In this document: one piece after another, positions 25,395 to 37,548 of the stretch
Layout: each line of letters starts with the position of its first letter
Position numbering within the stretch: the first letter of the stretch is position 1
DNA from: Mustelus asterias
Taxonomy: Eukaryota
Length of the DNA stretch: 64,000 bases
Assembly (NCBI RefSeq): GCF_964213995.1
Contig: NC_135808.1
Span: 35,154,001 to 35,218,000 of the forward strand
Direction of reading: 5' to 3'
The notes under the pieces: generated by a model
Database searches by the model: none
The model's input: the letters and a program-made list of their open reading frames with translations, nothing else
What the model was told of the DNA's origin: nothing
Made by a program: the position numbers and the translations under genes

Positions 25395-26186
25395 TCAGTC
25401 ACAGGCCTGACTTGGCTTCCCCGCTGTGTGAATGCGACGGTGATCCAACATGCCCCATAATTGTCCAAACTCCTTATTACACACATCACATCTGAATGTT
25501 TTCTTCTTCCCTGCGTGAATGCGCCGGTGCTTCACCAGGCCTGTTAACAGTGCAAAGCCCTTATTACACACCTCACACTTGAATGGTTTATCCCCAGTGT
25601 GAATGCGTTGGTGCTGACGGAGGCGTGATGGCCGGGAGAATGATTTCTTACACACTTCACAGGAGAATGGTTTCTCCCCAGTGTGAGTGCGTTGATGTTC
25701 ACGGAGGTTCGATGACTGGGAGAATGATTTGTCGCAAACTTCACAGGTGAATGGTTTCTCCCCAGTGTGAATGTGTCGGTGTTGTGCAAGCGCTGATGAA
25801 CGTGTAAAGGCTCGCTCACAAATCTCACACCTGAATGGATTCTCCCCTGTGTGAATGCTCTGGTGTATCAGGAACTCTGTCGATGTTGGAAAAGCTTTAT
25901 CACAAAACTCACACTTGAAGGGTTTCTCACCTGTGTGGATTGTCTGATGGACCTGGAGGGTCGATAAGTGTCTGAAAGCTTTCTCACACACGTCACAGCG
26001 GAATGGCTTCTCCCCTGTGTGAATGCGTTTGTGTCTGTGGAGATGCCACAACTTTGAGAATGATTTGTTGCAAACCTCACATGTAAATGGTTTCTCTCCA
26101 GTGTGAGTGCGTTGGTGGTTATGAAAGTGGGTCGAGCGCAAGAACGATTTGTCACACAACTCACACTTCAACAGTTTCTTTTCCAT
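25395..26186 (-). CDS. Tandem C2H2 zinc-finger protein B, 9 fingers, no effector domain
   Basis: gccacATG MEKK start, 9 fingers with TGEKPF-type linkers; acceptor ttttacag| at 26611/26610. Confidence 0.92.
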   Translation of the reverse strand: MEKKLLKCELCDKSFLRSTHFHNHQRTHTGEKPFTCEVCNKSFSKLWHLHRHKRIHTGEKPFRCDVCEKAFRHLSTLQVHQTIHTGEKPFKCEFCDKAFPTSTEFLIHQSIHTGENPFRCEICERAFTRSSALAQHRHIHTGEKPFTCEVCDKSFSQSSNLREHQRTHTGEKPFSCEVCKKSFSRPSRLRQHQRIHTGDKPFKCEVCNKGFALLTGLVKHRRIHAGKKKTFRCDVCNKEFGQLWGMLDHRRIHTAGKPSQACD

Positions 26187-26699
26187 GTGGCAGTCCCTGT
26201 GGCTACAGCTGGTACAATGGAGTCTGTGGGGCCTTCCTCACTCGCCTCCCACTTGGACAGCTTCTCCCCTTTAGGAATGAGTTAGTGGTTCATGAGACTC
26301 GATGAATGACTGAAGCTCTCACCACACTTGGGAGTCCACTCGCACTTCTTCCCAGTCTCAACATGACCAATCACCCACAGCTGAACCTTTGGAAAGGCTG
26401 GTTCTGAATGAAGGTTCCACACCACTGACCAGTTTGAGATCTGATGATATATCAAAGCTCCTGAACCGGACCGATTTCCAGATGATGGTTTCACTGCCCA
26501 ACCTTCTCTGCGTTGAACAATGCTGTGAAAGGACTGGACATCTTTCCACAGTTGTGTTTGGATAATGTTCAGGATCTCTGTATTCTCTGGTGTAGTACAG
26601 TGCAATCCTTCTGTAAAACAGGAAAAGGAAACATCATTTCCTCCAACTCCCTCTCCTCCTTCGCTGAAGGGGCTGACTCCTCAAAGATAGTTCCACAGT

Positions 26700-29160
26700 G
26701 AGAACAACAAAGAACAAAGAAAAGTACAGCACAGGAAGAGACCCTTTGGCCCTCCAAGCCCGTACCAATCATGATGCCGCAATTAAACTAAAAAAGACCT
26801 GCCCTTACTCGGACCATATCCCTCTCTTCCTTCCCTATTCACATACCCATCCAGATGCCTTTTAAAAGTTGCTAATGTGCCTGATTCCACCACCTCCTCT
26901 AGCAACACATTCCAGGCACCCACCACTCTCTGTGTGAAAAACTTCCCCCACACGTCTCCCTTAAACTTTCTTCCTCTCACCTTGAACCTGTGCCCCCTTG
27001 TAATTGACACTTTCATCCTGGGAAAAAGCCTCTGACTATCCACCCTTTCTATGCATCATAATTTTGTAGACCTCTATCAGGTCTCCCCTCAGCCTCTGTC
27101 TTTCCAGTGAAAGCAAACCTAATTTATTCAACCTCTTCTCATAGTCAATATCCTCGAGACCTGATGAATCTTCTTTGTACTCTATCCAAAGCTTCCATGT
27201 CATTCTGGTCGTGTGGCGACCAGAATTGCACGAACTACTCCAAATGCGGCCTAACCAAGATTTTAAGTAGCTGCAACATGATTTCCCAACCCTTGTACTA
27301 AATGCTCCGGCTGATGAAGACAAGCCTTCTTAATCACCTTGCCACCTGTGTTGCCACTTTTAGGGAACTGTGGACCTGCATGTTCAGACCCCTCTGTATG
27401 TTAATGTTCCTAAGCGCTCTGCCATTTACAATGTAATTCACACCTAAATTTGATCCTCCAAAATGCACCACCTTGTATTTGTCTGGATTAAACTCCCATC
27501 TGCCATTGCTGTGCCCAAGTCTCCAATCTATCTACATCCTGTTGTATCCTCTGACAACCCTGGCACTATCAACAACTCCACCAATCTTTGTGTCATCTGC
27601 ACACTTACTAATCAGACCACCCACATTTTCCTCCAGATCATTTATATATACTGCAAACAACAGAGGTCCCAGCACTGATCGCTGTGGACACCACAGATCT
27701 CCAATCTGAAAAACACCCTTCCACCACGACTCTTGGTTTTCTATAACCAAGCCAATTCTGTGTCCATCTAGCCAGCCCACCCCAAATCCAACATGATTTT
27801 AGTTTTTGTACCAATCTGCCATGTGGGACCTTGTCTAACGCCTTACTAAAGTCCATATAAACTACATCCACAGCCCTTCCCTCATCAATTATCTTTGTCG
27901 CTTCTTCAAAAAACTCATCCGATTTGATGAGACATGACCTGCTCCGTACCATGCAGCCTGTCACTAACTAGTCCATTTTCTTCCAAATGTGCATATATCC
28001 TGTCCCTCAGTATCTTCACCAAAAGCTTCCCCAACACTGTCAGGCTTGCCAGTCCAGAATTTCCTGGGTTATTCCTGCTTCCTTTCTCAAACAAACATTG
28101 GCTATTCTCCAGTTATCTAGAACCTCACTTGTGGTCAAAGAGGATGTGAAGACATCTGTTAAGGCCCCAGCTATTTCTTCCCTTGCCTTCCGCAGTAACC
28201 TGGGATAGATACCATCCAGCCCCTGGGACTTGGATACCCAACATTTCCTCCTTTGATTTACTGACATTCTCGAAGACTGTTCACATACCTATCTCTGACC
28301 TCAACATCTTAACATGTCCTTCTGCTTGGTGAACAAAGTACTCATTTGGATCTCAACAACTTCCTGTGGCTCCACATGTAACTTCCCTCCATTGTCCTCG
28401 AGTGGGCCTATTCTTTCTCTTGTTACCCTCTTGCTCCTAATACATGCATAAAAAGCCTTGGGATTCTCCTTGACCCTGTTTGCTAAAAACATTTCATAGC
28501 CCCTTTTAGCCCTCCTAATTCCACATTTAAGTTCCTTCCTACTTTCGCTATATTCCTCAAGGGCTTTGTCAGTTTCTAATTGCCTAGACCTTCATTTTGA
28601 CTTAGCTTACAATTTCCCTCGTCATCCATGGTTCCTGAATCCTGCCATTTTTATCCTTCCATTTTTGCAGGGACGCGCAAATCCTGCACTTCAATCACCT
28701 GGCCTTTAAATTGCCTCAAATAGCAGCTCCCAATCCACATTCCCCAGTTCCTGTTTAATTTAGATGTAATTGGGCCTGCAACCAATTAAGCACCATTACC
28801 CGAGGGCCACTTTTATCCTTATCCATGACTACCCAAAATCTTATGGAATTATGGTTGCTAAGCCCAAAATGCTCCCCCACTGAAACATCGATCACCTGGT
28901 CTGGCTCATTCCCCAATACCAAGTCTAGTACGGTCCCCTCCCTGGTTGGATTGTCAGCATACTGTATCAAAAAGCCCTCCTGGACACATCTAACAAACTG
29001 CTATCCATTTGAACCACTGGCTCTAAGGGGGTTCCAGTCAATATGGGGGGAGTAAAACTACCCTGGTTTTTTCACCTCTTTCCAGTATCTGACTACACAA
29101 CTGCTCCTCTGTCTCCTGCGGGCTGTTGGGAAGTCTGCAGTACATTCCCAACATTGTGAT
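26700..29160 (-). mobile_element. CR1/HER1 LINE ORF2 fragment in the intron of ZNF B
   Basis: DFSKALDKVPH, CADDTKIGG, KENPKAFY and TRGHRFKV motifs with frameshifts. Confidence 0.88.
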
Positions 29161-29466
29161 TTCACTTGTGTGGGGATCAGATGCAAGATCTTTATTTTTC
29201 CTACTTCACTGACACACACCCTCTATTTCCAGTAGGGATGCAAAACAGGAGCAGAGGACATGGCTACTTTCTTTCCTCTGCTCAAACTCCATCTGCCCAG
29301 GCACCATGAGAGCAATGGAAAAGACAGTCAGACTAAAATGAGCTATCAATTCACAATGAGCTATCAATTCACTATGAGCTTGAGTCATGCTGTCAAAGAC
29401 CAGTTTTACCCTGAGAATGTGTTTAATATAACAGTAAGAAATATTAATTCAATGGAGATTTTGAAA

Positions 29467-29814
29467 GGGGCGGCACGGTAGCACAGTGGTTAGCACTGCT
29501 GCTTCACAGCTCCAGGGTCCCGGGTTCGATTCACGGCTCGGGTCACTGTCTGTGTGGAGTTTGCACATTCTCCTCGTGTCTGCATGGGTTTCCTCCAGGT
29601 GCTCCGGTTTCCTCCCACAAGTCCAAAGATGTGCGGGTTAGGTTGATTGGCCAGGTTAAAATTTGCCTCTTAGAGTCCTGTGATGCGTAGGTTAGTGGGA
29701 TTAGCGGGTAAATATGTGGGGGTAGGGCCTGGGTGGGATTGTGGTCGGTGCAGACTCAATGGGCCGAGTGGCCTCCTTCTGCACTGTAGGGTTTCTATGA
29801 TTTCTATGATTTCT
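29467..29814 (+). mobile_element. HE1 SINE, young copy
   Basis: Full head, core and tail; the empty paralogous site is visible at ~48303-48325 (reverse orientation). Confidence 0.9.
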
Positions 29815-30089
29815 CCCCTTGTTTTTCCAAAATAATTTGAAGAAAACACATTGGATATGAAGTGTGAGAAGCCAAGGAAAATATTGCTTCAGTGTAGCTG
29901 ATTGAAAGGTTCTGGTTTATCCTGGGAAATTAGATACACTGCTCTCACTCAGACTCCATATCCCAAATTCAGCTCTCAGACACAGCACTGGGCAAAATTA
30001 TCAAATCCAAGCCCAGGCTTTTGGGAAAGGCCAAAGGCCTTCAGGTAAAATCTTTAAAAAAGACATTTCAATAAATGTGTCTCTGCCCT

Positions 30090-30660
30090 CCCAGATAATT
30101 ACACCTCACCTTCTCATATTCAGCAATGACCCATCAACAAAACTCAGCCTGTAAATCAGAAGGGAAATGCTTCCAATAAACACACTCAATATCCAACACA
30201 CAGCTCCAATCAAACAGCTCAGCACAAAGCACCGAGTAAACAGGGCTCTCAGCTGGATCTTCTCACACAGCATAAGGGGCATTTCCACACCTGATTCCCC
30301 ACAGGATAGTCAGACTGCCTGAATATTAGTGTGGATATTATGCAATGTAATTATTATAAATTCTGCTCCTTCACTCACCATCTCCTCACTTGGTTTTCAG
30401 TCCCTACAGGAAGTGAAGCAGCTGTGAAAGAGGAAGAGGAGAGAATGGGCAGAGTGGGTGGGCTCTCTGATTGACGTCTCTCACAGCCAATCCTAATATT
30501 TCTGGAGTAACAGGAGTTTCCTGAACTTTGGGAAACTGACCGGTGAAACGGAGGCGACTTTGAGCAGCAGATCAGGTGGAGATTTAAACTTGTCATTGTC
30601 CCATCTGAATAAAACCTCACTTATTGCAGCTGCTGTCTCAGTTCCCCCGGTAAATGTTTT
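30090..30660 (-). promoter_or_regulatory. ZNF promoter/first-exon module, copy B
   Basis: Reverse complement of the module; ATG 30381-30379 followed by a donor; micro-exon 30148-30110. Confidence 0.72.
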
Positions 30661-30769
30661 GGTGAGTTCGAGAGGGGACATGGGGAGTAAAGAAGTGAAG
30701 ATGGGGCTGTGAGGTTCAGCGAATAGTGTGAGGGGGTTTAACCGGCTGGCATTTACAGGTGCGCATCTC

Positions 30770-31020
30770 CAATTCCAGCCCCTCCCACGTGACAGCCGCT
30801 CGGGCTCGCGCTTCCTCACATTCCAACTCCCGAACGCTGGGAGCCAACCGCCGCAGCGCGCGGCAGAACTACAACTCCCATCAGGCACCGCGGGCTGGCT
30901 CTCTCGCTCTCTCTCTCTCCCTGACTCCATACTGCCGCTCCTCACTGCGCAGGCTCCGGGGACTACATGCAGCATGGGTAATGTAGTTCCCATCGGCTGA
31001 GAGTCTGTCTCATCCGCACC
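30770..31020. promoter_or_regulatory. CpG-rich promoter with two ZNF143/Staf-type (ACTACA..TCCCA) sites
   Basis: ACTACAACTCCCATCAGGCACCGCG at 30868-30892 (+) and ACTACATTACCCATGCTGCA at 30987-30968 (-); locally CpG-dense. Confidence 0.7.
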
Positions 31021-31939
31021 TGCCCTGTGTGGGAGAGTGGGAAACCCCAGCAGCAGCTGCTGCCTTTCCAGAGGAGACTGGATTGTGATGGAGAATCTGA
31101 ACAAGTGGGAAAGGAAGGACTGGAAAAGGCAGAACTCCCTGGATGATAAAACAGGTAGAATATAGGATGAAACAGGATGTCACCTTAATAATTCAACTGA
31201 TAATCAGGATGTAAAGAGAGAGGACAAGTCGACACTGGTAGCTAAAGAATGCGAATGTTTGGTAGACAAATACATAGTTAAACTTAGTCAGATTATGGGT
31301 GGGTGAATTCGGGACCAGAAAGGTGGTGAAGACTCAGATACTAAAAGAGAACTTGGTCCTTGCCCAGGGAGAAGATACTGCTGAAATCATAGTGACGGGG
31401 GAGGTAATTGAAACACTGGATGTGCTCAAAATGGATAAAGAGGAGATATTAGAAACACTGGTGTATTTAAAATCATTAAACAACAAGAACCAAATGGTTT
31501 CTTGTGTGCATCCTGAACACTTGAGGGGAGAATAGAGTGGGCATCTCAGAGGTATTGGCCATAAACTTCCTTAGATGGTGCTCGAGGACTGGAGAATTGC
31601 AACAACCTTGTTGATAAGATGCAAGGATAAGCAATAAATACTGGTTCGATGAGTTTAACCTCAGGGGTTGGGAAAACGTTGAGACCCAATAATCTGGAGA
31701 AAAATTTACGGCAAATATGGATTTAATTAAGGAAAGTCAACATTTAATTTTTCAAAGCAAAGAAAATCAAATCAAGCTGAGCATGGCATAAAGAAGCCTG
31801 AGTAAAATAAAAATAATTTAAAGAGAATTGGGGGGGGGGAAACTCTCCATTGGTTGGAGTCATACCGAGCACAAATGAAATTGGTTGTAGTAGTTGGAGG
31901 TCCTTCATCTCAGCTCCAGGAGTTTCTCAGGGCAGTGAT

Positions 31940-32360
31940 GTAGAAACATAGAAAATGAGAGCATGAAGAGACATTCACCCCTTCGAGCCTGCTCTGCTAT
32001 TCATGATGATCATGGCTGATCATCCAACTCAATATTCTGATTCTGCCTTCCTCCCATATCCTTTGATACCCTTCGCCTCAAGTGCTATATCTAATTGCTT
32101 CTTGAAAACAAACAGTTTTGGCTTCAGTTGCTTTCGGTGGTAGCGAATTCCACTGTCTGGGTGAAGAAATTTCTCCTCATCCCTGTATTCTCAGACTGTG
32201 ACCCCTTTTCTGGACACCCCCACCTGCGGAACATCCTCCTTGCATCTACCCTGCCTAGTCCTGTTACAATTTTATAGGTTTTTATGAGATTTTCTCCTCA
32301 TTCTTCAGAGCTCCAGTGAAAACAACCCTAACTGACTCAATCGCTCCTCATATGTCAGTC
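31940..32360 (-). mobile_element. CR1 LINE 3' fragment
   Basis: Similar to 4757-5250; tagaaacatagaa tail. Confidence 0.7.
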
Positions 32361-32369
32361 CTGCAATCA

Positions 32370-35300
32370 AGCAGGAAATTAAAGATGTGTGCAGTAAGGG
32401 TACAGCAGTTATTATGGGTGAGTTCAATCTGCATATTGATTGGGCTCACCAAACTGGTAGCAATGCAATGGAGGAGGATTTCCTGGAATGTATAAGGGAT
32501 GGTTTTCTCGACCAATATGTTGAGGAACCAACTCGAAAGCAGGCCATCCTAATCTGGGTATTGTGTAATGAGAGAGGATTAATTAGCAACCGTGTGGGGA
32601 GAGATCCTTTGGGGAAGAGTGATCATAACATTGTAGAATTCTTCATTAAGATGGAAAGTGACACAGTTAAGTCTGAGACTAGGGTCCTGAACTTAAGAGA
32701 AGCTAACTTTGATGGTATGAGACATGCATTGGCTAGGATAAGCTGGCAAAGGATACTTAAGGGCTTGACAGTGGATAAGCAATGGCAGACATTTAAAGAA
32801 TAAATGGATGAACTTCGACAACTATACATCTCTGTCTGGCATAAGAGTAAAGCAGGGAAGGTGGCTCAATCATGGCTAACAATGGAAATCAGGGATAGTG
32901 TTAGAACATAGAACAGTACAGCACAGAACAGGCCCTTCGGCCCATGATGTTGTGCCGAGCTTTATCTGAAACCAAGATCAAGCTATCCCACTCCCTATCA
33001 TCCTGGTGTGCTCCATGTGCCTATCAAATAACCGCTTAAATGTTCCTAAAGTGTCTGACTCCACTATCACTGCAGGCAGTCCAGTCCACACCCCAACCAC
33101 TCTCTGCGTAAAGAACCTACCTCTGATATCCTTCCTATATCTCCCACCATGAACCCTATAGTTATGCCCCCTTGTAATAGCTCCATCCACCCGAGGAAAT
33201 AGTCTTTAAACGTTCACTCTATCTATCCCCTTCATCATTTTATAAACCTCTATTAAGTCTCCCCTCAGCCTCCTCTGCTCCAGAGAGAACAGCCCTAGCT
33301 CCCTCAACCTTTCCTCATAAGACCTACCCTCCAAACCAGGCAGCATCCTGGTAAATCTCCTCTGCACTCTTTCCAGCGCTTCCACATCCTTCTTATAGTG
33401 AGGTGACCAGAACTGCACACAATATTCCAAATGTGGTCTCACCAAGGTCCTGTACAGTTGCAGCACAACCCCACGGCTCTTAAACTCCAACCCCTGTTAA
33501 TAAAAGCTAACACACTATAGGCCTTCTTCACAGCTCTATCCAGTTGAGTGGCAACCTTTAGAGATCTGTGGATATGGACCCCAAGATCTCTCTGTTCCTC
33601 CACAGTCTTCAGAACCCTACCTTTGACCCTGTAATCCACATTTAAATTAGTCCTACCAAAATGAATCACCTCACATTCATCAGGGTTAAACTCCATTTGC
33701 CATTTTTCAGCCCAGCTTTGCATCCTATCTATGTCTCTTTGCAGCCTACAACAGCCCTCCACCTCATCCACTACTCCACCAATCTTGGTGTCATCAGCAA
33801 ATTTACTGATCCACCTTTCAGCCCCCTCCTCTAAGTCATTAATAAAAATCACAAAGAGCAGAGGACCAAGCACTGATCCCTGTGGCACTCCGCTAGCAAC
33901 CTGCCTCCAGTCCGAAAATTTTCCATCCACCACCACCCTCTGTCTTCGATCAGACAGCCAGTTACCTATCCAATCGGCCAACTTTCCCTCTATCCCACAC
34001 CTCCTCACTTTCATCATAAGCCAACCATGGGGGACCTTATCAAACGCCTTACTAAAATCCATGTATATGACATCAACTGCCCTACCTTCATCAACACACT
34101 TAGTTAAAGCCAAAGAGGAGGCATATAAAAAGCAACAAACCTGAGAGCTGGGCGAAATTTAAAATTCAGCAGAGGAAGACAAAGGGTTTAATTTGGAAGG
34201 GGAAAATAGAATATGAGAGTAACATAAGAACTTACTGCAAAAGCTTCTATAGATGTGCAAAGAGAAAAAGACTAGTGACGACAAATGTAGGTCACTTACA
34301 GTTAGAATAAGTGAATTCATAATGGACAACAAAGAGATAGCTGAACAAATATTTTGGATCTGTCTTACTGGGGAGGACACAAATAACCTTCCAGAAATAC
34401 TGGGGGGGCAGAGAGTCTAGCATGAAGGAGGAACTGAAGGAAATCCTTATTAGTCAGGAAATTGTATTGGGGAAATTGCTGCGATTAAAACCTGAAAAGT
34501 CCCAGGGTCTGATGCTCTGCATCCCAGAATACTTAAGGAAGTGACCCTAGAAATAGTGGACATATTGGTGATCATTTTCTAGCATTTTATAGAGTTCCAA
34601 TGGATTGGAGGATAGCTAATGTAACCCCACTTTTTAAAAAAGAATGGAGAGAGAAATCGGGGACTTATAGACCAGTTAGCCTGACATCATTGGTGGAGAA
34701 AATGCTGGAGTCAATAATTAAGGATGTAATAACTGAGCATTTGGAAAGCGGTGGCAGGATTGGTCCAAGTCAAAATGGATTCACTGAAGGGAAATCGTGC
34801 TTGACAAATCTGCTGGATTTTTTTGAGGATGTGGCCAATAGAGTGGACAAAGGTGAGCCTGTGGATGCTGTGTATCTGGACTTTCAGAAGGTTTTTGACA
34901 AGGCCCAAACAAGAGATTAGTGAGCAAAATTAAAGCTCATGGTACTGGGGGTAATGTATTGACATGGATAGAGAACTGGTTGGCAGAGGGAGCAGAGAGT
35001 GGGAATAAATGGGTCCTTTTCAGAGTGGCAGGCAGTGACTAATTGGGTACCACAGTGTTGGGACTACAACTGTTCACAATATACATTAATGATTTGGAAT
35101 TGAATGCGATTCTCCAAATTTGCAGACAACACAGTGTGTGCTGTGAGGAGATTGCTAAAAGGCTGCAAGGTGACTTGGACAGGCTGGCTGAGTGGGCAAA
35201 TACTTGGGAAATGCAATATAATGTGGATAAATGTGAGGTTATCCACTTTGGTGGTAAAAAAGGAAGGAAGATTATTATCTGAATGGTGGCAGTTTAGGAA

Positions 35301-35455
35301 AAGGGGAAGTGCACTGTGACTTAGGTGTCATGGTGGAACAGTCACTGAAGGTTGGCATGCAGCTGCAGCAGACGGTGAGGAAAGCTAATAGCATGCTGGC
35401 CTTCATAGCAGGAGGATTTGAGTATAGGAGTAGGGATGTTATGCTGCAGTTATAC
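32370..35455 (+). mobile_element. Older CR1 LINE ORF2, host of nested insertions; 3' end resumes at ~43100-43243
   Basis: MGEFNLHIDW endonuclease, DWRIANVTPLFKK and YLDFQKVFDK motifs. Confidence 0.85.
32904..34107 (-). mobile_element. Young 5'-truncated HER1/CR1 LINE nested in the older CR1
   Basis: Nearly open RT (ORFs 33439-34113, 33206-33490, 32978-33190) with DFSKAFDKVPH, GVPQGSVLGP and FADDTK; tagaaca tail. Confidence 0.92.
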
Positions 35456-35457
35456 AG

Positions 35458-36122
35458 ACCATAAGACATAGGAGCAGAATTAGGCCACTCGGCCCATCGA
35501 GTCTGTTCCGCCATTCAATCATGGCTGATATTTTCTCATCCCCATTCTTCTGCCTTTTCCCCATAACCTTTGATCCCCTTAGTAATCAAGAACCTATCTA
35601 TCTCTGTCTTAAAGACACTCAGTGACCTGGCCTCCACAGCCTTCTGCGGCAAAGAGTTCCACAGATTCACCACTCAGGCTGAAGAAATTCCTCCTAATCT
35701 CTGTTTTAAAGGATCGTCTCTTTAGCCTGTGATTATGCCCTCTTGTTCTAGTTTTTCCTACGAGTGGAAACATCCTCTCCACATCCACTCTAACCAGGCC
35801 TTGCAGTATCCTGTAAGTTTCAATAAGATCCCCCCTCATCCTTCTAAACTCCAACGAGTACAGACCCAGAGTCCTCAACCGTTCCTCATACGACAAGCTT
35901 TTCATTCCAGGGATCATTCTTGTGAACCTCCTCTGGACCCTTTCCAAGGCCAGCACATCATTCCTTAGATATGGGGCCCAAAACTGCTCACAATATCCAA
36001 ATGGGGTCTGACCAGAGCCTTGTACAGCCTCAGAAGTACATCCCTGCTCTTGTATTCGAGCCCTCTTGACATGAATGTTAACATTGCGTTTGTCTTTCTA
36101 ACTGCCAACTGAACCTGCATGT
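35458..36122 (-). mobile_element. CR1 LINE 3' fragment, target of the provirus; continues at 43071-43100
   Basis: ORF 35609-35956 ([14 protein letters not shown]); gaacctgcATGT..ATGTtaaccttaag reads through once the provirus is removed. Confidence 0.85.
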
Positions 36123-36338
36123 TGTGGTAATATAATCAGGGCCTAGTTTTAAGGCTGATTAAATTGGACATCCTAAATTAAAGAATTGGGCATATTAAAA
36201 TCAAACAGTCAAACCTCAGCCAGGCCAATTATACAAATACACAAACATGTCTGGGCCTGGCCCATCAATAAGGGCACCGGGGTATAACCTTGGAGTAAGC
36301 AAATTGGTCGAAAGTATCTGAAAATTACAGGTACAACA
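36123..36338 (+). repeat. 5' LTR, internally deleted
   Basis: Matches both ends of the 3' LTR with about 12 differences in 216 nt (hand count); the middle is missing. Confidence 0.9.
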
Positions 36339-36340
36339 TT

Positions 36341-36358
36341 TGGCACCCCAGACGGGAC
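36341..36358 (+). promoter_or_regulatory. Primer-binding site, tRNA-Arg(CCT)-type
   Basis: TGGCACCCCAGACGGGAC, 2 nt after the LTR end, complementary to the recalled vertebrate tRNA-Arg-CCT 3' end (..GUCCCAUCUGGGGUGCCA). Confidence 0.8.
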
Positions 36359-37440
36359 TTCGATAAGAAGTGATACGTTGCTCTGAAGTCGAACCTTCAA
36401 CCCGGTATTCTCCAACACTCCATCTGAGCCTGAATTAAGAGGGCAAGTTGCCCCACGTTACGGCCAGTCTTAAGTGAGTGAAGGACTAATACAGATTCGA
36501 CCAGTAAATTGGGCCACAAACCCAGTGTCTGTAACACAAGGTTTGACAAACTGCGTAGCTAGAACTAGGATAGTCAAGGGAATTTGGGTAAAATCTACAG
36601 GCAGGAATTTAGTGAAAACTGGACCCCTACCCCGATCCCTTACCTATACCCATGTGACGAACCCTAAAAGGAAATAATTATGGCCAGTCATGCCGAATGG
36701 GAGGAAGTTCTCCGTTTATATTTGAACCATAAGTGGCCCAAATGGATGCAGTGGGGTGACGCCCCGAAACCGGATCTGGGATCCAAGGGACAGAATTGTT
36801 GGAGTCGTGTCCATAATGAAATGGGTAAAAGGGCTCCCAAAATTAGGAAGGCGATTGCTAGTTGTCTGGAACAGTGCTGTGGTAGAGAAGCAGAGATTAT
36901 CCGGGTTAAACGGGACAGAGAAGCCCAGGTAACCCAACTAAAGCAGGACTTAATGAGTGCTACCTTGCGCATATAGCAATTGGAAGCGGAGGTAGGCACA
37001 CGAGCGGAAAGAAACCAGATTAATATGATACACATGAGCCAAGTCCAGGCTCAATGTGATAAAGCCTGCCAAAAGGCACAGCGCGCTGTCAGTGAGAGAG
37101 AGGCCGCGTTGCGGTAGAGGAAGTTAAACGTAAATGCAGCGACCTGCAGACTGCAGTAAAAGTTTTGCACCAAGCAGGAAAAGCAAATACAGCTCACTCC
37201 AAATGCCTGCATGAGATTGAAGATTCAAAGTCACAACTAGCCATAAAAAGGGTGTAATGTGTGACCTAGGGGTAGAGTGGGGGATTTAGAAGAGGATGCC
37301 TGCCATTATGCAACAGCTAGCGTCACTGCCGACTGGGGACCCCCACCTCCCTTCCCGGTAATGGAACCAACGGCACCACCTCATCCGGCCCGCATCCCGG
37401 AAAACTCAGTCTCAGCTCCTAGTCCTTGTACCATCCCAAT

Positions 37441-37548
37441 CGATTTTCACTCCATCTGACGAAGGGGCAGCGCTCCGAAAGCTTATGGTATTTGCTACCA
37501 AATAAACCTGTTGGACTTTAACCTGGTGTTGTGAGACTTCTTACTATG
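37441..37548 (+). mobile_element. Penelope-type terminal fragment inserted in gag
   Basis: Reverse complement of ~18792-18888; flanked by duplicated ccatcccaat (37431-37440 and 37549-37558). Confidence 0.75.
37452..37488 (+). ncRNA. Minimal hammerhead ribozyme
   Basis: ccat-CTGACGA-aggggcagcgctcc-GAAA-gc-TT-atgg. Confidence 0.72.

Noticed and set aside
30493-31104. 203-aa minus-strand ORF across the CpG island
   Set aside because: GC-rich promoter DNA with a non-ATG start and a CT microsatellite; not shared by the paralogous units
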